From assembly GCA_964016885.1 (NCBI GenBank), contig OZ024759.1, positions 22,568,001 through 22,632,000 of the forward strand: a stretch of DNA of 64,000 nt. The letters are read 5' to 3'. Within the stretch, counting starts at the first letter, position 1, and every line of letters starts with the position of its first letter. Below are positions 27,214 through 43,207 of this stretch, in pieces. This DNA comes from Eledone cirrhosa. Taxonomy: Eukaryota. The notes under the pieces are model-generated. The model was not told where the DNA came from, searched no databases, and worked only from the letters and a program-made list of their open reading frames with translations. The position numbers and the translations under genes are program-made.

Positions 27214-27323
27214 CCCGGACTCGAGTTTCTGCCGCACTAATGCAGCAGTAAGGTGCACTGCACCATTTGTCTGCATATATTATGCAACAATGCACAATCG
27301 GCTTATGCGGCTTCATCAGCGGG
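27214..27323 (-). ncRNA. Type I hammerhead ribozyme motif in a TA-flanked GC-richer island (27067-27485)
   Basis: Minus strand: cccg-CTGATGA-a[gccgca...tgcggc]a-GAAA-ctcga-GTC-cggg. Palindromic stem III actcgagt, GUC site. Confidence 0.8.
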
Positions 27324-27523
27324 TATCGCCTAAACAATAACCAATCGATCGACATAATCCAAACACCGGCCCGTGCCGGTCATGACGGTTTGTGACAACC
27401 GACACGGTAAAGCGATTAACTGGCAACCGATAGGACTCTATCTCTCAACTAGCCCCTGATTTACAAATTTTACGTGGGGACGGGATATATATATGTATAT
27501 ATATAAATATATATACATATATA

Positions 27524-27678
27524 TACGACGGCTATTTCTGGACTCCAGAAATAGCCGTCGTAATGGCTTGAGCTCTGCCGTAGGGGTTAAACATTTTCAT
27601 ATTACCCACTCTACTAACCTAAGTATTGAGTACTCTGGTGCGTTATGGTCCATCTGGTTCCTTACCATACTTCGTTCG

Positions 27679-27680
<2 letters not shown>
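27524..27680. mobile_element. TA-embedded fold-back element, family B (reverse orientation)
   Basis: acgacggctatttctgga-c-tccagaaatagccgtcgt hairpin followed by the long arm. Confidence 0.9.
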
Positions 27681-27723
<43 letters not shown>

Positions 27724-27886
27724 AGCCGAAGGGATATTCAATTTGTTAGTAATTCGACAAATATAAATGTTTATAACTGATTTAGAGCACTCAACAGATG
27801 TTCTGGAGTATAATATACATTGATATTTTTGGTACCCTTGAAATATATATAATAGAATAAATATAGTTTCCATTTATTTAATATCA

Positions 27887-27926
<40 letters not shown>

Positions 27927-28353
27927 TTCATTATTGTATTTGTATAAATCAGTGTCATACATGCTTATAAAATATGTATACAACAACAACACCAACACCA
28001 CCAACAATAATACCACCAACACCAACAGTAACACCACCAACATCAAAAACAGAGCTCCATACATTTACCAGCTTGTTGCTCATTCGCATCATCTTTCACA
28101 GGAAGTTAGTAAAGCTCTCTTGTCTTACATGATAAGAAATCAATATTCTTTAGATGCCAGAGAGGCTTGCATCTTTTTCTCTTCTCTTTAGTGTTTGAAG
28201 CCTTCCAAGTTATACCTTTCACTCACAGGAATAAGTAATTGACTTCATACATGTTTGCTTTCAAGTTTGTAATATAATTGGCGTTAGCTGTTCCTACTTT
28301 TCACTTCCGTAACGATTGTTTTACATGCAGGTTTTTATTAACATAACGTTGCC

Positions 28354-28401
<48 letters not shown>

Positions 28402-28601
28402 GTGTGTTGTTTACTTGTCTCACTCGCTTTACGCGATTCACTTGTCCCAATAGCTTATTTTAGTTATTGCTCGCACCAACCTGAGGTATATGATTTTTAA
28501 TGAGATGAAATACCAATGATGGTTGGCAAATCACTGATGAGGGACTAATTTTATAATATGTAACTCATGTGCAACCACGCAGTATTCCTCTTTCTTCCCA
28601 T

Positions 28602-28643
<42 letters not shown>

Positions 28644-28953
28644 ATGAAACGAAATTTCATTTCTCACTCTTAGTACGGTTCTTACTTAAATGTAAGTATG
28701 TATGTATACGTACATTCATATATGTATACAGACGTACATATATATGTGTGCATGTATGTATATATATACATACTACTGTACGTCTGTATACATATATGTA
28801 TGTACGTACGTATACATACTTACAGAAAATTTATTCTTAAAGCTTGCTAGATTTGATTTTGTATATGGTTAATTACGCTAATTCGAAGAAGAAATAGTAT
28901 ATATTTTAATATCTGATGATTCTATAGACATGATTTATGATATATATATATAT

Positions 28954-29122
28954 ATAACGAAGGAAATGTGGTAAGGAACCAGATGGACTATAACGCACCA
29001 AAGTACTCAATACTTAGGGTAGTAGAGTGGGTAATAGGAACGAGTAGGACCCCGACGGCTGAGCTCAAGCCAGAATTAGCCGTCGAAACGGCTTGAGCTC
29101 AGCCGTCGGGGTCCTACTCGTT

Positions 29123-29125
<3 letters not shown>
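28954..29125. mobile_element. TA-embedded fold-back element, family B
   Basis: Long arm, junction at aagc|cagaatt, inverted short arm. Confidence 0.9.
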
Positions 29126-29160
<35 letters not shown>

Positions 29161-29718
29161 GGGCGTTCACTGCATAAAACTGCTGGGGAAAATGCATTCC
29201 GCCTGAAAAAAGAACTCCGTGCCTTTGAGGAGGAAAGGGGCGATGTAGTGGGCGTCGTCGGTTGTTTTCCGCGGAAATGCTTTCTACCACATTCATAGGG
29301 TTATAAGGTCCGTCAGCCTTTCCTTGGTCGACGAGGTAACGATGCAATTGTCTGTTTGTGTTATGAAACAACATTTTCCTGTCGATACACTTCTTCCCAA
29401 GTGTGAAACTAATAAGACTTTGTGTTTTTGCATCTGTATGTGTGTTTCTGTGTGTGTCTGTGTGTGTGTGTATATATATATGTATATATATAAATGTGTG
29501 TGTATATATATATGTGTGTGTGTGTATTTATATATATGTATATATATATATGTGTGTGTGTGTATGTATATATATGTATATATATATGTGTGTGTGTATA
29601 TGTATATATATATATATATGTGTGTGTGTGTATGTGTATATATGTATATATATATGTGTGTGTGTGTATGTGTATATATGTATATATATATGTGTGTGTG
29701 TGTGTATGTATATATATG

Positions 29719-29749
<31 letters not shown>

Positions 29750-29802
29750 ATGTGTATATATGTATATATATATGTGTGTGTGCGTAAGTATATATATGTA
29801 TA

Positions 29803-29835
<33 letters not shown>

Positions 29836-29850
29836 GTGTATATATATATA

Positions 29851-29917
<67 letters not shown>

Positions 29918-30113
29918 ACATAGATACACACACACTGATACAAAAACGGAAATCTTATTAATTTCACACTTGGGAAGAAGTAAATGAGTGTTTCAACGTA
30001 TAGGACATAAGTCATTCTTTAGGAAATGGCAAGTTTGGAGAGAAAAAAGTTTGGTAACACAGAGTTTTGAATATATTTATATATATTCAATTATGTAATA
30101 AACAACACACTTA

Positions 30114-30186
30114 TTCCATTTACCAAAGGTTTCACGAACACAGGTGGCCTCAAGAGTGGTGTGCGAAATCGTTCATCAGAAAGGAA
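30114..30186 (-). ncRNA. Type I hammerhead ribozyme motif
   Basis: Minus strand: ttccttt-CTGATGA-[acga...tcgt]-GAAA-cctttg-GTA-aatggaa. Stem I 6/7 bp, stem III acc/ggt, GUA site. Confidence 0.8.
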
Positions 30187-30362
30187 AATTTAATATCTAT
30201 ATATCTATATTGGATAATTGTATTGTGTTGTTATTGTGTTAATGGAATAATTGTATTGTGTTGTTTATTAAATAATCAAATAGCTCTGTACTATACATAG
30301 AGCACGCTTCCCTCCTTTCCCTTTTCTACTGAAATACTTTATATATATATATATATATATAT

Positions 30363-30548
30363 ACGTTATTCCGGGTTGAATCGGAGGTAACCACAGTAAT
30401 GAGGTACTCAATACATAGCAGAGTATATAAGTTTTAATATTGATGAGATTCTACAGGACTAGAACTGTTTCATTCTTTAGAAATCATCAGGAATCTCCTG
30501 ATGATTTCTAAAGAATGAAACAGTAGAATCTCATCAATATTAAAACAT
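30363..30548. mobile_element. TA-embedded fold-back element, family A, with a complete hammerhead on the minus strand (30445-30497)
   Basis: Minus strand: gagattc-CTGATGA-tttctaaagaat-GAAA-cagttctagtcct-GTA-gaatctc. The plus-strand arm starts at CTGATGA (30498) and has a stem III deletion. Confidence 0.85.
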
Positions 30549-30789
30549 ATATATATAAAGTATTTCCACAGAAAAGGAAGAGTGCTCTATGTATATTACA
30601 GATCTATTTAATTATGTAATAAACAACACAATACAATTATCCAACATAGATATATAGATATTAAATTTTCCTTATATATATATAACAAGGAAGAGGAACA
30701 CCGGAGAGAAATACACTGATTGAATAAATATGTTCTCCACGAGCGAAGGAGGGACGAGAGAGAAACGAAACGAAAATCTTCCATAGGAT

Positions 30790-31095
30790 ATGTAATTTTA
30801 GTGTGTATGAACTATTCGGCGTGGATGAACTGAGAGAAAAGTAGGGTTGAAGAGGAATCAGATGTAATATGCAAGAGAGAAGACTGCGCTGGTTCGAACA
30901 TGTAATGCGTATGGACGAGGAAGTTTGGGATAAAAAGTGACCATGTGATACCAGTGGAAGGAAACTTCAATAGAGGAAGCCCGACAAAAATATAAATAAG
31001 GGTGGTTAGAGTTGATTACAAAAGGACACTGCGAGTAGAGGAAGGCTGTGGTAGAAACAACACCCCTAACCTGTGCAATCATGGAAAAGCGTTCG
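30790..31095 (+). mobile_element. RTE LINE 3' fragment
   Basis: Translates MQERRLRWFEHVMRMDEE...VEGNFNRGSP. Confidence 0.8.
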
Positions 31096-31165
31096 AAGGA
31101 CCAAAATCCGAAGAGGGCTCGATAAGGATTGTATATATATATATATATATAGTTTTAATATAGAT

Positions 31166-31217
31166 GAGATTCTACAGGACTAGAACTGTTTCATTCATTA
31201 GAAATCATCAGGAATCT
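31166..31217 (-). ncRNA. Family A hammerhead motif
   Basis: agattc-CTGATGA-tttctaatgaat-GAAA-cag...ct-GTA-gaatctc. Upstream element sequence continues to ~31660, and an inverted tail copy lies at 31975-32072. Confidence 0.75.
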
Positions 31218-31832
31218 GGGTATCAAAAAATAAATATGGTATTTATAGGTCTCTACAAGTGGTAGGAGAGGGTGGGGAGTGGGATGGGTGCAGGTCATTG
31301 GTTGATAGAAAAGGGAATTCATTAAAAGCTAATTCTACAAAGCTATAGTTTATTTTTATTTATTTATGTTTTTAGAGTAACAAGGGCAGACAGAATTCTA
31401 TAAACAGGTTCCGGATGGCATACCATTCCTTGTCATTAAGTTTCTCTTAAGCTAACAGGTGTCTATAAAATCAGTGGGGGGTCAGTCATGGTCGATAGAA
31501 TTAAAGAAAAGGGAGATTCTTTAAAAGCTAAAGTCATTAAGGTTCTACTAAGTGACAAAGGTCTAGAGAATTCTGCAGACAGATTCAAAATACTGAGTGC
31601 ATATCTTACTATTATCTTCGAACTTCTCTTAAACTAATCAACTATATGCCAAAAATCAACAGACACATTCACAAAAAAACAAAAAACCACATACTCACTC
31701 ACACACTTACGCGCAACCATAAACACACACACAAACACATATACACACATAAAAACACACACACATATATAAAAATATATATTCATGTACACACACATAC
31801 ATACATACATACATACATACATACATACATAG

Positions 31833-31871
<39 letters not shown>

Positions 31872-32071
31872 TATATACACATATATACACACACACATAT
31901 ATATATATACACATACACACACAGTGTGTATGTGTATATAGTCCTGTAGAATAGTATGTGTAGTATGTGTATATAGTCCTGTAGAATCTCATCTATATTA
32001 AAACTTTTATACTCTGCTATGTATTGAGTACCTTACTTACTGTGGTTACCTCCGATTCAACCCGGAATAAC

Positions 32072-32127
<56 letters not shown>

Positions 32128-32596
32128 GCCAGCACCAACAGACATTTTTTCCAATTCCAACCCGCCTGTGACCTCAATCTATCTTATTTCTCATTCTTTC
32201 TTCTGATGAAGGACTAGCATCCGAATCGTTAACACCCTCTTCCTGTTATTTCAAGCGTTAACCTAATATATTCCTTCCATATACTGCACCGATTGTGTTG
32301 TTATTTCTGTTTACCTTTTACACACACACACACACACATATGTATATATATATGTGTGTGTGTGTATTCTTTTATAAATGTTAATGATGCCAATTTACGT
32401 TTATTGCTTCTGTAATGATTTCGTTCTTCTCGTGTTCATTGAGTCAATCTGATACATAACAGATCTACATATTAATATTTGAGCAATGTTTTATTTGCTT
32501 TTTACAAGTTTGTGTTTCCACTTTATTTTTGTTTGTTTTTGCCGAAATTTGTCAGAAGAATAAACAGAATTAATTATTCATCTTTGCTTTTTCTGC

Positions 32597-32642
<46 letters not shown>

Positions 32643-32645
<3 letters not shown>

Positions 32646-33175
32646 GGAAAAGAATGAAACGAAATTTCATTTCTCACTCTTAGTACGCTGATATTTAAAT
32701 GTAAATATGAATGTATACGTACATACATATATGTATATAGACGTACAGTAGTATGTATATATATATACATACATGCACACACATATATATATGTACGTAT
32801 GGGTTTACCGAACATTTATTATAATGTTCGGTTTGTTTGTAAACAAACAAACAGCCCGAATTACGCCGTACAGTGTTCAGGCAACAATCGTCGCCTTTTT
32901 GTTCAACACTGACACAGGAACGATGTACTAGTTTCAAGCTTATTAGCTATCGTCAGCATCGTATACCTTCCTGCCAGATGATTGAACGTCTGAAAGTATA
33001 TACTTTCCTTATGCATATTCACGGCTGAGCAGCCTAATTTGCATATCGAGTGAGTTAGTCGGCCGGGCGCACCGAAAACGATAAATGGAAAAGAATGAAA
33101 CTAAATTTCATTTCTCACTCTTAGTACGGCTGGTACTTAAATGTAAATATGAATGTATACGTACATACATATATG
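32643..33175 (-). mobile_element. TA-embedded element family C, 1.2 tandem units (~440-bp period)
   Basis: The first ~90 bp (aaatggaaaagaatgaaac...) recur at 33083. Homologues at 59415-59846 and 28638-28825. Confidence 0.8.
32920..32962 (-). ncRNA. Minimal type I hammerhead ribozyme (family C)
   Basis: acgatg-CTGACGA-t[agct-aata-agct]t-GAAA-cta-GTA-catcgt. 6-bp stem I, palindromic actagt stem III. Confidence 0.85.
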
Positions 33176-33557
33176 AGTCCAGAAATAGCCGTCGAAACGG
33201 CTTGAGCTCTGCTGTCGGGGTCATACTTGTTCCTATATATATATATATATATATAGGAACCAGTAAGACCCCGACAGCTGAGCTCAAGCCGTTTCGACGG
33301 CTAATTCTGGACTGAATTAGCCGTCGAAACGGCTTGAGCTCAGCTGTCGGGGTCTTACTGGTTCCTATTACCCACTCTACTACCTCAAGTATTGAGTACT
33401 TTGGTGCGTTATGGTCCACCTGGTTCCTTACCACATTTCCTTCGTTATATATATATATATATATATATATATAACGAAGGAAATGTGGTAAGGAACCAGG
33501 TGGACCAGAATTAGCCGTCGAAACGGCTTGAGCTTAGCCGTCGGGGTCGTACTCGTT

Positions 33558-33612
<55 letters not shown>

Positions 33613-33700
33613 CGAAGGAAATGTGGTAAGGAACCAGGTGGACCAGAATTAGCCGTCGAAACGGTTTGAGCTCAGCCGTCGGGGTCCTACTCGTTCCTAT
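33175..33700. mobile_element. Cluster of family B fragments in alternating orientations
   Basis: Several arms separated by (TA)n. An internally deleted ~90-bp version is duplicated at 33472 and 33610. Confidence 0.9.
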
Positions 33701-33994
33701 ATATATATAAATAAATATATATATATATTTATATACGGAATCTTCACCTTTATATTTCAAATAAAAGTGCACAGTATTGACGAAACTAATATCGTTTATT
33801 ACTTTATTGTTTTCAGATTAAAATAGAATTTAGTATTTATATTTAGAGATTGAAACAAGTTATAATCGATGTTTCTGGTATGATTATCTTCAAGTGTTTT
33901 AATCCTTATAATCTTACTGTCAGCTTCAGTTATGGGTGTTCTCAGGCTGTTGTTGTTGTTGTTGTTTTTATATTCTTCATCGCACTCCTTTACA

Positions 33995-34399
33995 CACTAT
34001 TATCATAAGCACTATTATCATAGGCACTAGTATCATAGGCACTAGTATCATAGGCACTATTATCACAGACACTATTATCACCGACACTAGTACCACAGAC
34101 ACTATTATCATAGGCACTATTATCATAGGCACTAGTACCACAGACACTATTATCATAGGCACTATTATCATAGGCACTAGTACCACAGACACTATTATCA
34201 TAGGCACTAGTACCACAGACACTATTATCATAGGCACTATTATCATAGGCACTATTATCATAGGCACTAGTATCATAGACACTATTATCATATACACTAT
34301 TATCATAGGCACTATTATCACCGGCACTATTATCACCGGCACTATTATCATAGACACTATTATCATAGACACTATTATCATAGGCACTAGTATCATAGG

Positions 34400-34410
<11 letters not shown>
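33995..34410. repeat. 15-bp minisatellite (gcactattatcatag variants), ~27 units
   Basis: Directly visible. It abuts the broken end of the PLE reverse transcriptase fragment. Confidence 0.95.
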
Positions 34411-35480
<1,070 letters not shown>

Positions 35481-35543
35481 CAGCTATATATATGTGTATA
35501 TATATATACATATAAATACATATATATATATATATATATATAC

Positions 35544-35613
<70 letters not shown>

Positions 35614-35615
35614 AT

Positions 35616-35672
<57 letters not shown>

Positions 35673-35772
35673 AATACATATATATATATATATATATACA
35701 TATAAATACATATATATATATATATATATACATATAAATATATATATATATATATACATAAATATATATACA

Positions 35773-35803
<31 letters not shown>

Positions 35804-35857
35804 TACAAGTTAATATAAATAAATATATGATCAACACTTATGTGTTTTATATATACT

Positions 35858-35911
<54 letters not shown>

Positions 35912-35959
35912 TATATACATATATATATACACATATATATATACATATATATATACACA

Positions 35960-35995
<36 letters not shown>

Positions 35996-36022
35996 CATAC
36001 ATATATATATATATATACATAC

Positions 36023-36075
<53 letters not shown>

Positions 36076-36205
36076 CATACATATATATATATATACATAT
36101 ATATATATACATATATATATGTATATATATACGTATATATACATATATATATATATACGTATATATATATATATATACGCATATATATATATATATATAT
36201 ATATA

Positions 36206-36908
<703 letters not shown>

Positions 36909-36909
36909 C

Positions 36910-37122
36910 ATACATAAATAAATACATATATATATACATATATATATATTTATATATATATATACATATATATATACATATATATATACATATATATATA
37001 TTTATATATATATATACATATATATATACATATATATATACATATATATATATTTATATATATATATACATATATATATACATATATATATATTTATATA
37101 TATATATATATATACATATATA

Positions 37123-37160
<38 letters not shown>

Positions 37161-37196
37161 TATATTTATATATATATATATATATATACATATATA

Positions 37197-37238
<42 letters not shown>

Positions 37239-37240
37239 TA

Positions 37241-37282
<42 letters not shown>

Positions 37283-37284
37283 TA

Positions 37285-37328
<44 letters not shown>

Positions 37329-37340
37329 TATACATATATA

Positions 37341-37382
<42 letters not shown>

Positions 37383-37384
37383 TA

Positions 37385-37474
<90 letters not shown>

Positions 37475-37500
37475 CATATATAGATAGATAGATATTTATA

Positions 37501-37531
<31 letters not shown>

Positions 37532-37735
37532 TTATATATATATATACATATATACATATATATATATTTATATATATATATACATATATACATATATATA
37601 TATTTATATATATATATACATATATACATATACATATATACATATATATATATACATATATATATATACATATACATATATATATATACATATACACATA
37701 TATATATAGCAATATATATACATATATATATATAC

Positions 37736-37768
<33 letters not shown>

Positions 37769-37843
37769 CATATACATACATATATATATATATACATATA
37801 TATATATACATATACATATATATATATACATATACATATATAC

Positions 37844-37874
<31 letters not shown>

Positions 37875-37921
37875 CATATACATACACATATATATATATA
37901 CATATACATACATATATATAC

Positions 37922-37956
<35 letters not shown>

Positions 37957-38045
37957 CATATACATACATATATATATATATATACATACATATATATACA
38001 TATATACACACACACACACATACACACACACACACACATATATAT

Positions 38046-38127
<82 letters not shown>

Positions 38128-38280
38128 TGTGTGTATGTGTGTCTGTCAGTTTACACCTAAAACTAGATAAAACATCAAATATTGTGATAAGAGAAGCAGA
38201 GAGATAAATGTGGTTCACGTGAGACATGAGAAGATAAGGTAGGTATACCTAATAACATACAAGATAGAGGTGACTATCTG

Positions 38281-38348
<68 letters not shown>

Positions 38349-38395
38349 GTATATATATATATATGTGAATGTATATATGTATGTATTTATTTATA

Positions 38396-38442
<47 letters not shown>

Positions 38443-38850
38443 TTATGTATATATTTGTGTATATATTTATGGATATATTTAACATACAAATATATATATA
38501 TATACATGACTATCTGTTACCCCCACACACACAGACACACATATATATATATACATTTATATATATATGTATATATATATATGAATATATATATACATAT
38601 ATATATACATATATATGTATAGATATATGTGCGAATGTATATATGTATGTATTTATGTATATATATGTATATATAAGTTTGTGTATATATTTATGGATAT
38701 ATTTAACATACAAATATATATATATATACATACATATACACATAAATATATATGTGTATATATTTATATGTATATGTGTGTATATATATTTGTATGTTTT
38801 ATATATATATATACACATACACACACACACTCTCACACACATATATATAT
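36910..38850. repeat. Long compound (TA)n microsatellite field
   Basis: Directly visible. Similar fields at 35484-36305, 29450-29920, 55245-55960 and 63200-63700. Confidence 0.95.
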
Positions 38851-38852
38851 AT

Positions 38853-39482
38853 GATGGCCGCCCCTCGTTATCGAGTATGGCAATTGCACGATATACCATT
38901 ATTAATAATTATTAATAATTATTAATTAATTCTATCGTGCAATGCCTGTGCGTGAAGATATTTTTTAAAGTGAGGAAAGACTGTGCACTGAGCCAATCCC
39001 ACTCTCTGAGCGACAGTAGCTGTAGTCCGAAAAGAAGAAAAGATCAATATCATCGATAACTACTGAGCCGCAGGTTTTATATCGGAGTCATCCCAGTTTC
39101 CTGAGTTGCCTTCTCCTAGAAGAATGCCCTGACAAAGGCTAGGGGTCCTTCACTCCCAGTGGTTTAACCGCGCGATCGGGTGTCCAGCCCGACTATTTCT
39201 ATACCCCCGCGCATATACACACACATGCACCCATGTATATACACATATACATACATATGTACATGTGTATATACATATTTACATACTTTTAGCTGGCCGT
39301 TGACTCTTATGAGTTCTTCCGCCCTTTGTCAGGTTTTGTTTTTTGTCCTGCAGGGTGTCCAAAATCACCCTCCTCACCAAGTAAACTTGGTGGGGTTGCC
39401 GGTTTAGTCACCAACGACCCGACCATGCGACAGGTTGTACTGGGTTACATGTTACCAGTAGCACTCAAGAGTGATCCGACAT
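38853..39482 (-). mobile_element. Divergent relative of the 600-bp element, with an internal insertion (~39160-39290)
   Basis: Shares caccctcctcaccaag..ttggtggggttgcc..tttagtc..caacgaccc and catgttaccagtagcac. Confidence 0.7.
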
Positions 39483-40276
39483 ATACATACCTACATAATC
39501 ATATGCATACATCCATATTCATCCATTCTCATCCAACCATCCAACCAACCAGCCGGCCAGCCAACCCTCCATCCAACCAACCAGCCAGCCAACCCTCCCT
39601 CCAACCAACCAGCCAACCAGCCAACCCTCCATCCAACCAACCAACCAACAAGTCAGATAACTTTATACAATTATACCACAAATATTAACTAACCCTACCT
39701 ATATTTTCATGGAGATTGACTTTTTAAAAATCATACAAACGCTTCGTGGAGAGAGATAGACAGATAGGTAGAGAGAGAGGGCCAGAGAATGAGAGAGAAA
39801 GATAGAGATAGGGTGAAGGTGAAAGAAAGAGAGAGAAAGGGAGAGAGAGAGAGGGAGAGAGAGAGAGAGAGTGATTTAAATCTTCTTCATCTTCCATTAT
39901 AAGCCTCCAAATGGAACCTTAAAATAAAACCTATGTATTTCCCCACATGAACACTGAGACAAATGTTCTCTATTCTTCCCTCTCTCATCCTCTCTCTATC
40001 TCCTCCACTCCATCTCTTCTCCTTCTCTCTGTTTCTCCCTTTCTCTATCCCTCTCTCCCTATTTCTCTCACTCCATCTCCCTCCCCCCCTCTCTCTCTCT
40101 CTCTCTCTGCCTGTTTCTCCCCCTCCTTCCCCTACCGACGGAATTCTTTATTGATTCCAAATATTTAATATTCAGTTTCTGGATATTTACAAACAGGAAG
40201 AGAGAAACATCTAAAAAAAAAAACAAAAAAAAAAAACATAGAAACGAAGAAAAAGTGAGAAAGAAAGGAAAAGAAA

Positions 40277-40307
<31 letters not shown>

Positions 40308-40691
40308 AGAAAGAAAGATAGAAAGAAAGATAGAAAGATAGAAAGAAGGAATGGTGGTGGTGGTGGGCGCGGGGGTAGAGTTAGAAATGTGAAGGAGGAA
40401 AACTTTATCCTCTTGGTTGAACGGTACATCCGTGCCGCAACCCCGTAGACAAGATGGTGAAAACATTACTACGGAGAGTAGCCAACGACACTTACTTCAC
40501 CAACCATCTCACTCCACAGAGTCTCGCCCCCTTTCTTTAGATGTGATGCCCTCCTGTCGGTTTGAGAAATAATCTTTCATTTCAAACAAAACAAGAAATG
40601 AAATAAAAACCAATACGTAGAAAGGAAAAAGAAAACACCAAAACATGCACTCTGACAAAATAGTCAGATTCACACTAGTCTGTATTGTCTA

Positions 40692-41595
40692 TAATTGTTT
40701 CTACTTTAGGCACAAGGCCAGAAAATACCCAGTACATTACTGGTACTTTATTTTATCGACCCCGTAAGGATGAAAGGCAAAGTTAACCTCGGCGGGATTT
40801 GAACTCAGACTGTAAAGGGACGCAACTATGCTAGAAAGCATGGCGTCCAACCCTCTACCGATACTGCCAAGTCTATAATAAAGGTAGATGTAGAACTATA
40901 TAATTATTTCTACTTTTGGCACAAGGCCAGCAATTATTCCAGTGCATTACTGGTACTTTATTTCATCGACCCCGTAAGGATGAAAGGCAAAGTTAACCTC
41001 GGTGGGATTTGAACTCAGACCATAAAGGGCCGTAACTCTTTGCGTCAAAGCATTGCGTCCGACCTTCTACCGATACTGCCAATCCACTATATAATGAAAG
41101 TGCGATTCTCTAACTGGAAGGTGCATTGTGATCTTGAGCAAGATACTTTATTTCACGTTGAACCAGTCCACTCAGCTGGAAAAAAGATGAGTTGCAACGA
41201 CAATGATGCCAATCTTTATAGACCTTTACATTTCTTGTAGATGTGGAACTATAAAATGGTTTCTTATTTAGGCACAACGCCAGCCATTTTGGGGGAGGGG
41301 AAAGTCGATTAAATCGACCCCAGTGCGTAACTGGTACTTATCGACCCCGTAAGGATGAAAGGCAAAGCTAACCTCGGCGGGATTTATGTGGAACTATATA
41401 ATTATTTCTACTTTTGGCAGAACGCCAGCTATTATCCAGTGCATTACTGGTACTTTATTTTATCGACCCAGTAAGGACGAAAGGCAAAGTTAAGGTCAGC
41501 GGTATTTGAACTGAGAATGGCAAGAGGCTGTAACTCTATGCTGCAAAGCAGGGTGTCCGACCCTCTACCGATACTGCCAATCCACAGCCCTATAT
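40692..41595 (-). mobile_element. Cluster of four SINE family 1 copies
   Basis: Core repeated near 40740, 40950, 41330 and 41450. Confidence 0.85.
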
Positions 41596-41911
41596 GGCAC
41601 TGTATAATGAAAGTGCGTAGCATAGTAACTCGGCTGTTGGCTCACAAGTTCAATACCCTGACTGGGAGATGCATTGTTACCTCGAGCAAGTCACTTTATT
41701 TCACGTTGAACCAGTCCACTCAGCTGGAAGAAAATTAGTTGCAAGAACAAAGGTACCAAGTTGTATAGACCTTTACATTTCCTTTGGACATAATAGAGTG
41801 TATATAGAGAGTATGTATGAGTTGCGATGTCACGTCACTGGTGTAGAATATTTTGCAGTTCTCTTCGGTCATGAATGTCGATGGGATTTACTATATAATA
41901 TATATATATAT

Positions 41912-42099
41912 AATATAGATGAGATTCTACAGGACTAGAACTGTTTCATTCTTTAGAAATCATCAGAGATTCCTGATGATTTCTAAAGAATGAAACAGTT
42001 CTAGTCCTGTAGAATCTCATCTATATTAAAACTTTTATACTCTGCAATGTATTGAGTACCTTACTTACTGTGGTTACCTCCGATTCAACCCGGAATAAC

Positions 42100-42100
<1 letters not shown>
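41912..42100. mobile_element. Fold-back family A element with a complete hammerhead on the plus strand (41966-42018)
   Basis: gagattc-CTGATGA-tttctaaagaat-GAAA-cagttctagtcct-GTA-gaatctc. 7-bp stem I, stem III acag/ctgt. Inverted arm at 41912-41966, TA flanks. Confidence 0.88.
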
Positions 42101-42146
<46 letters not shown>

Positions 42147-42291
42147 TTTGGGAGGAGCATGCTGCCAATAAAAACATACGCACCTCACGGTTTTCACTTC
42201 AATTCATTATGAATTTCTGGTTGGTTCGATAACCAGAAGGTTGTTTATATATTGTCAAAGCTCTTTCGTCACACATTCTGTGACCTCCTCA

Positions 42292-42322
<31 letters not shown>

Positions 42323-42426
42323 GTGTGTATGTGTGTGTGTATTTACATATATATATGTGTGTATGTATATATATATATATATATATACTTATACAGATAA
42401 ACACATATATACCTATATAGATGTAT

Positions 42427-43038
42427 ATGGTGGCTGCCAACTCGTTTTCGAGTACGGCCACTACTTTATATCCATGTAGGAGAACCCCTACCGATGCGCT
42501 GAACGAGTGTGACTTTTTAGTCCAGCCAGCGACTTGAAAACTCTGGTAAAAACACTACACTTGTGACAATTATTGACACATAGTGCTGGACCCATGGTAC
42601 CATGTGACGACAAGTGCAGAGAGATCTCCAGATATAAAGCAATGCCTGTGCCGTGAAGCTTTTATAGTGAGCAAAGGCACTGCACAAAGCCAGTCCCACT
42701 CTCTTAACCAAGATGATATTTACCAAAAAGAAGAACAAGTCAACATCATTGGATACCATCAGAGTTGCAGGTGTTATATCAGAGCTTTCCTTCTCCTAGA
42801 ATTCTACCTTGACAAAGGCTAAGGGGTCATCTCTCCCGGTGATTTTGGATGGCCATTGACTCTTAAGAGCTCCTTTGCTCTTTGACAGGTTTTGTTTTTA
42901 GTCCTGCAGGATGTCAAAAGTCACCCTCCTCACCAAGAAACCTTGGTGGGGTTGCCAGTTTAGTCGCCAACGACCCGATCATGAGACAGGTTGTACTGGG
43001 ATACATGTTACCAGTAGCACCAACTGGTGACCTGACAT
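42427..43038 (-). mobile_element. Second copy of the ~600-bp element
   Basis: Near-identical pseudo-ORFs (36386/42517 and 36452/42583). Confidence 0.85.
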
Positions 43039-43044
43039 AGATGT

Positions 43045-43088
<44 letters not shown>

Positions 43089-43169
43089 GCAAATAACATG
43101 CATGTGTGTTTGTGCAGGTGAAATAGTTTATGACGCATTGAGAATGTGTGGGAAAATAAGAGAGAGATG

Positions 43170-43207
<38 letters not shown>

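Noticed and set aside
28470-28600. CTGATGA-containing segments at ~28533 and ~58696, and CTAATGA at ~4904, as hammerheads
   Set aside because: The second box reads GCAA or is missing and stems I/III cannot be formed convincingly. At most these are decayed relics.
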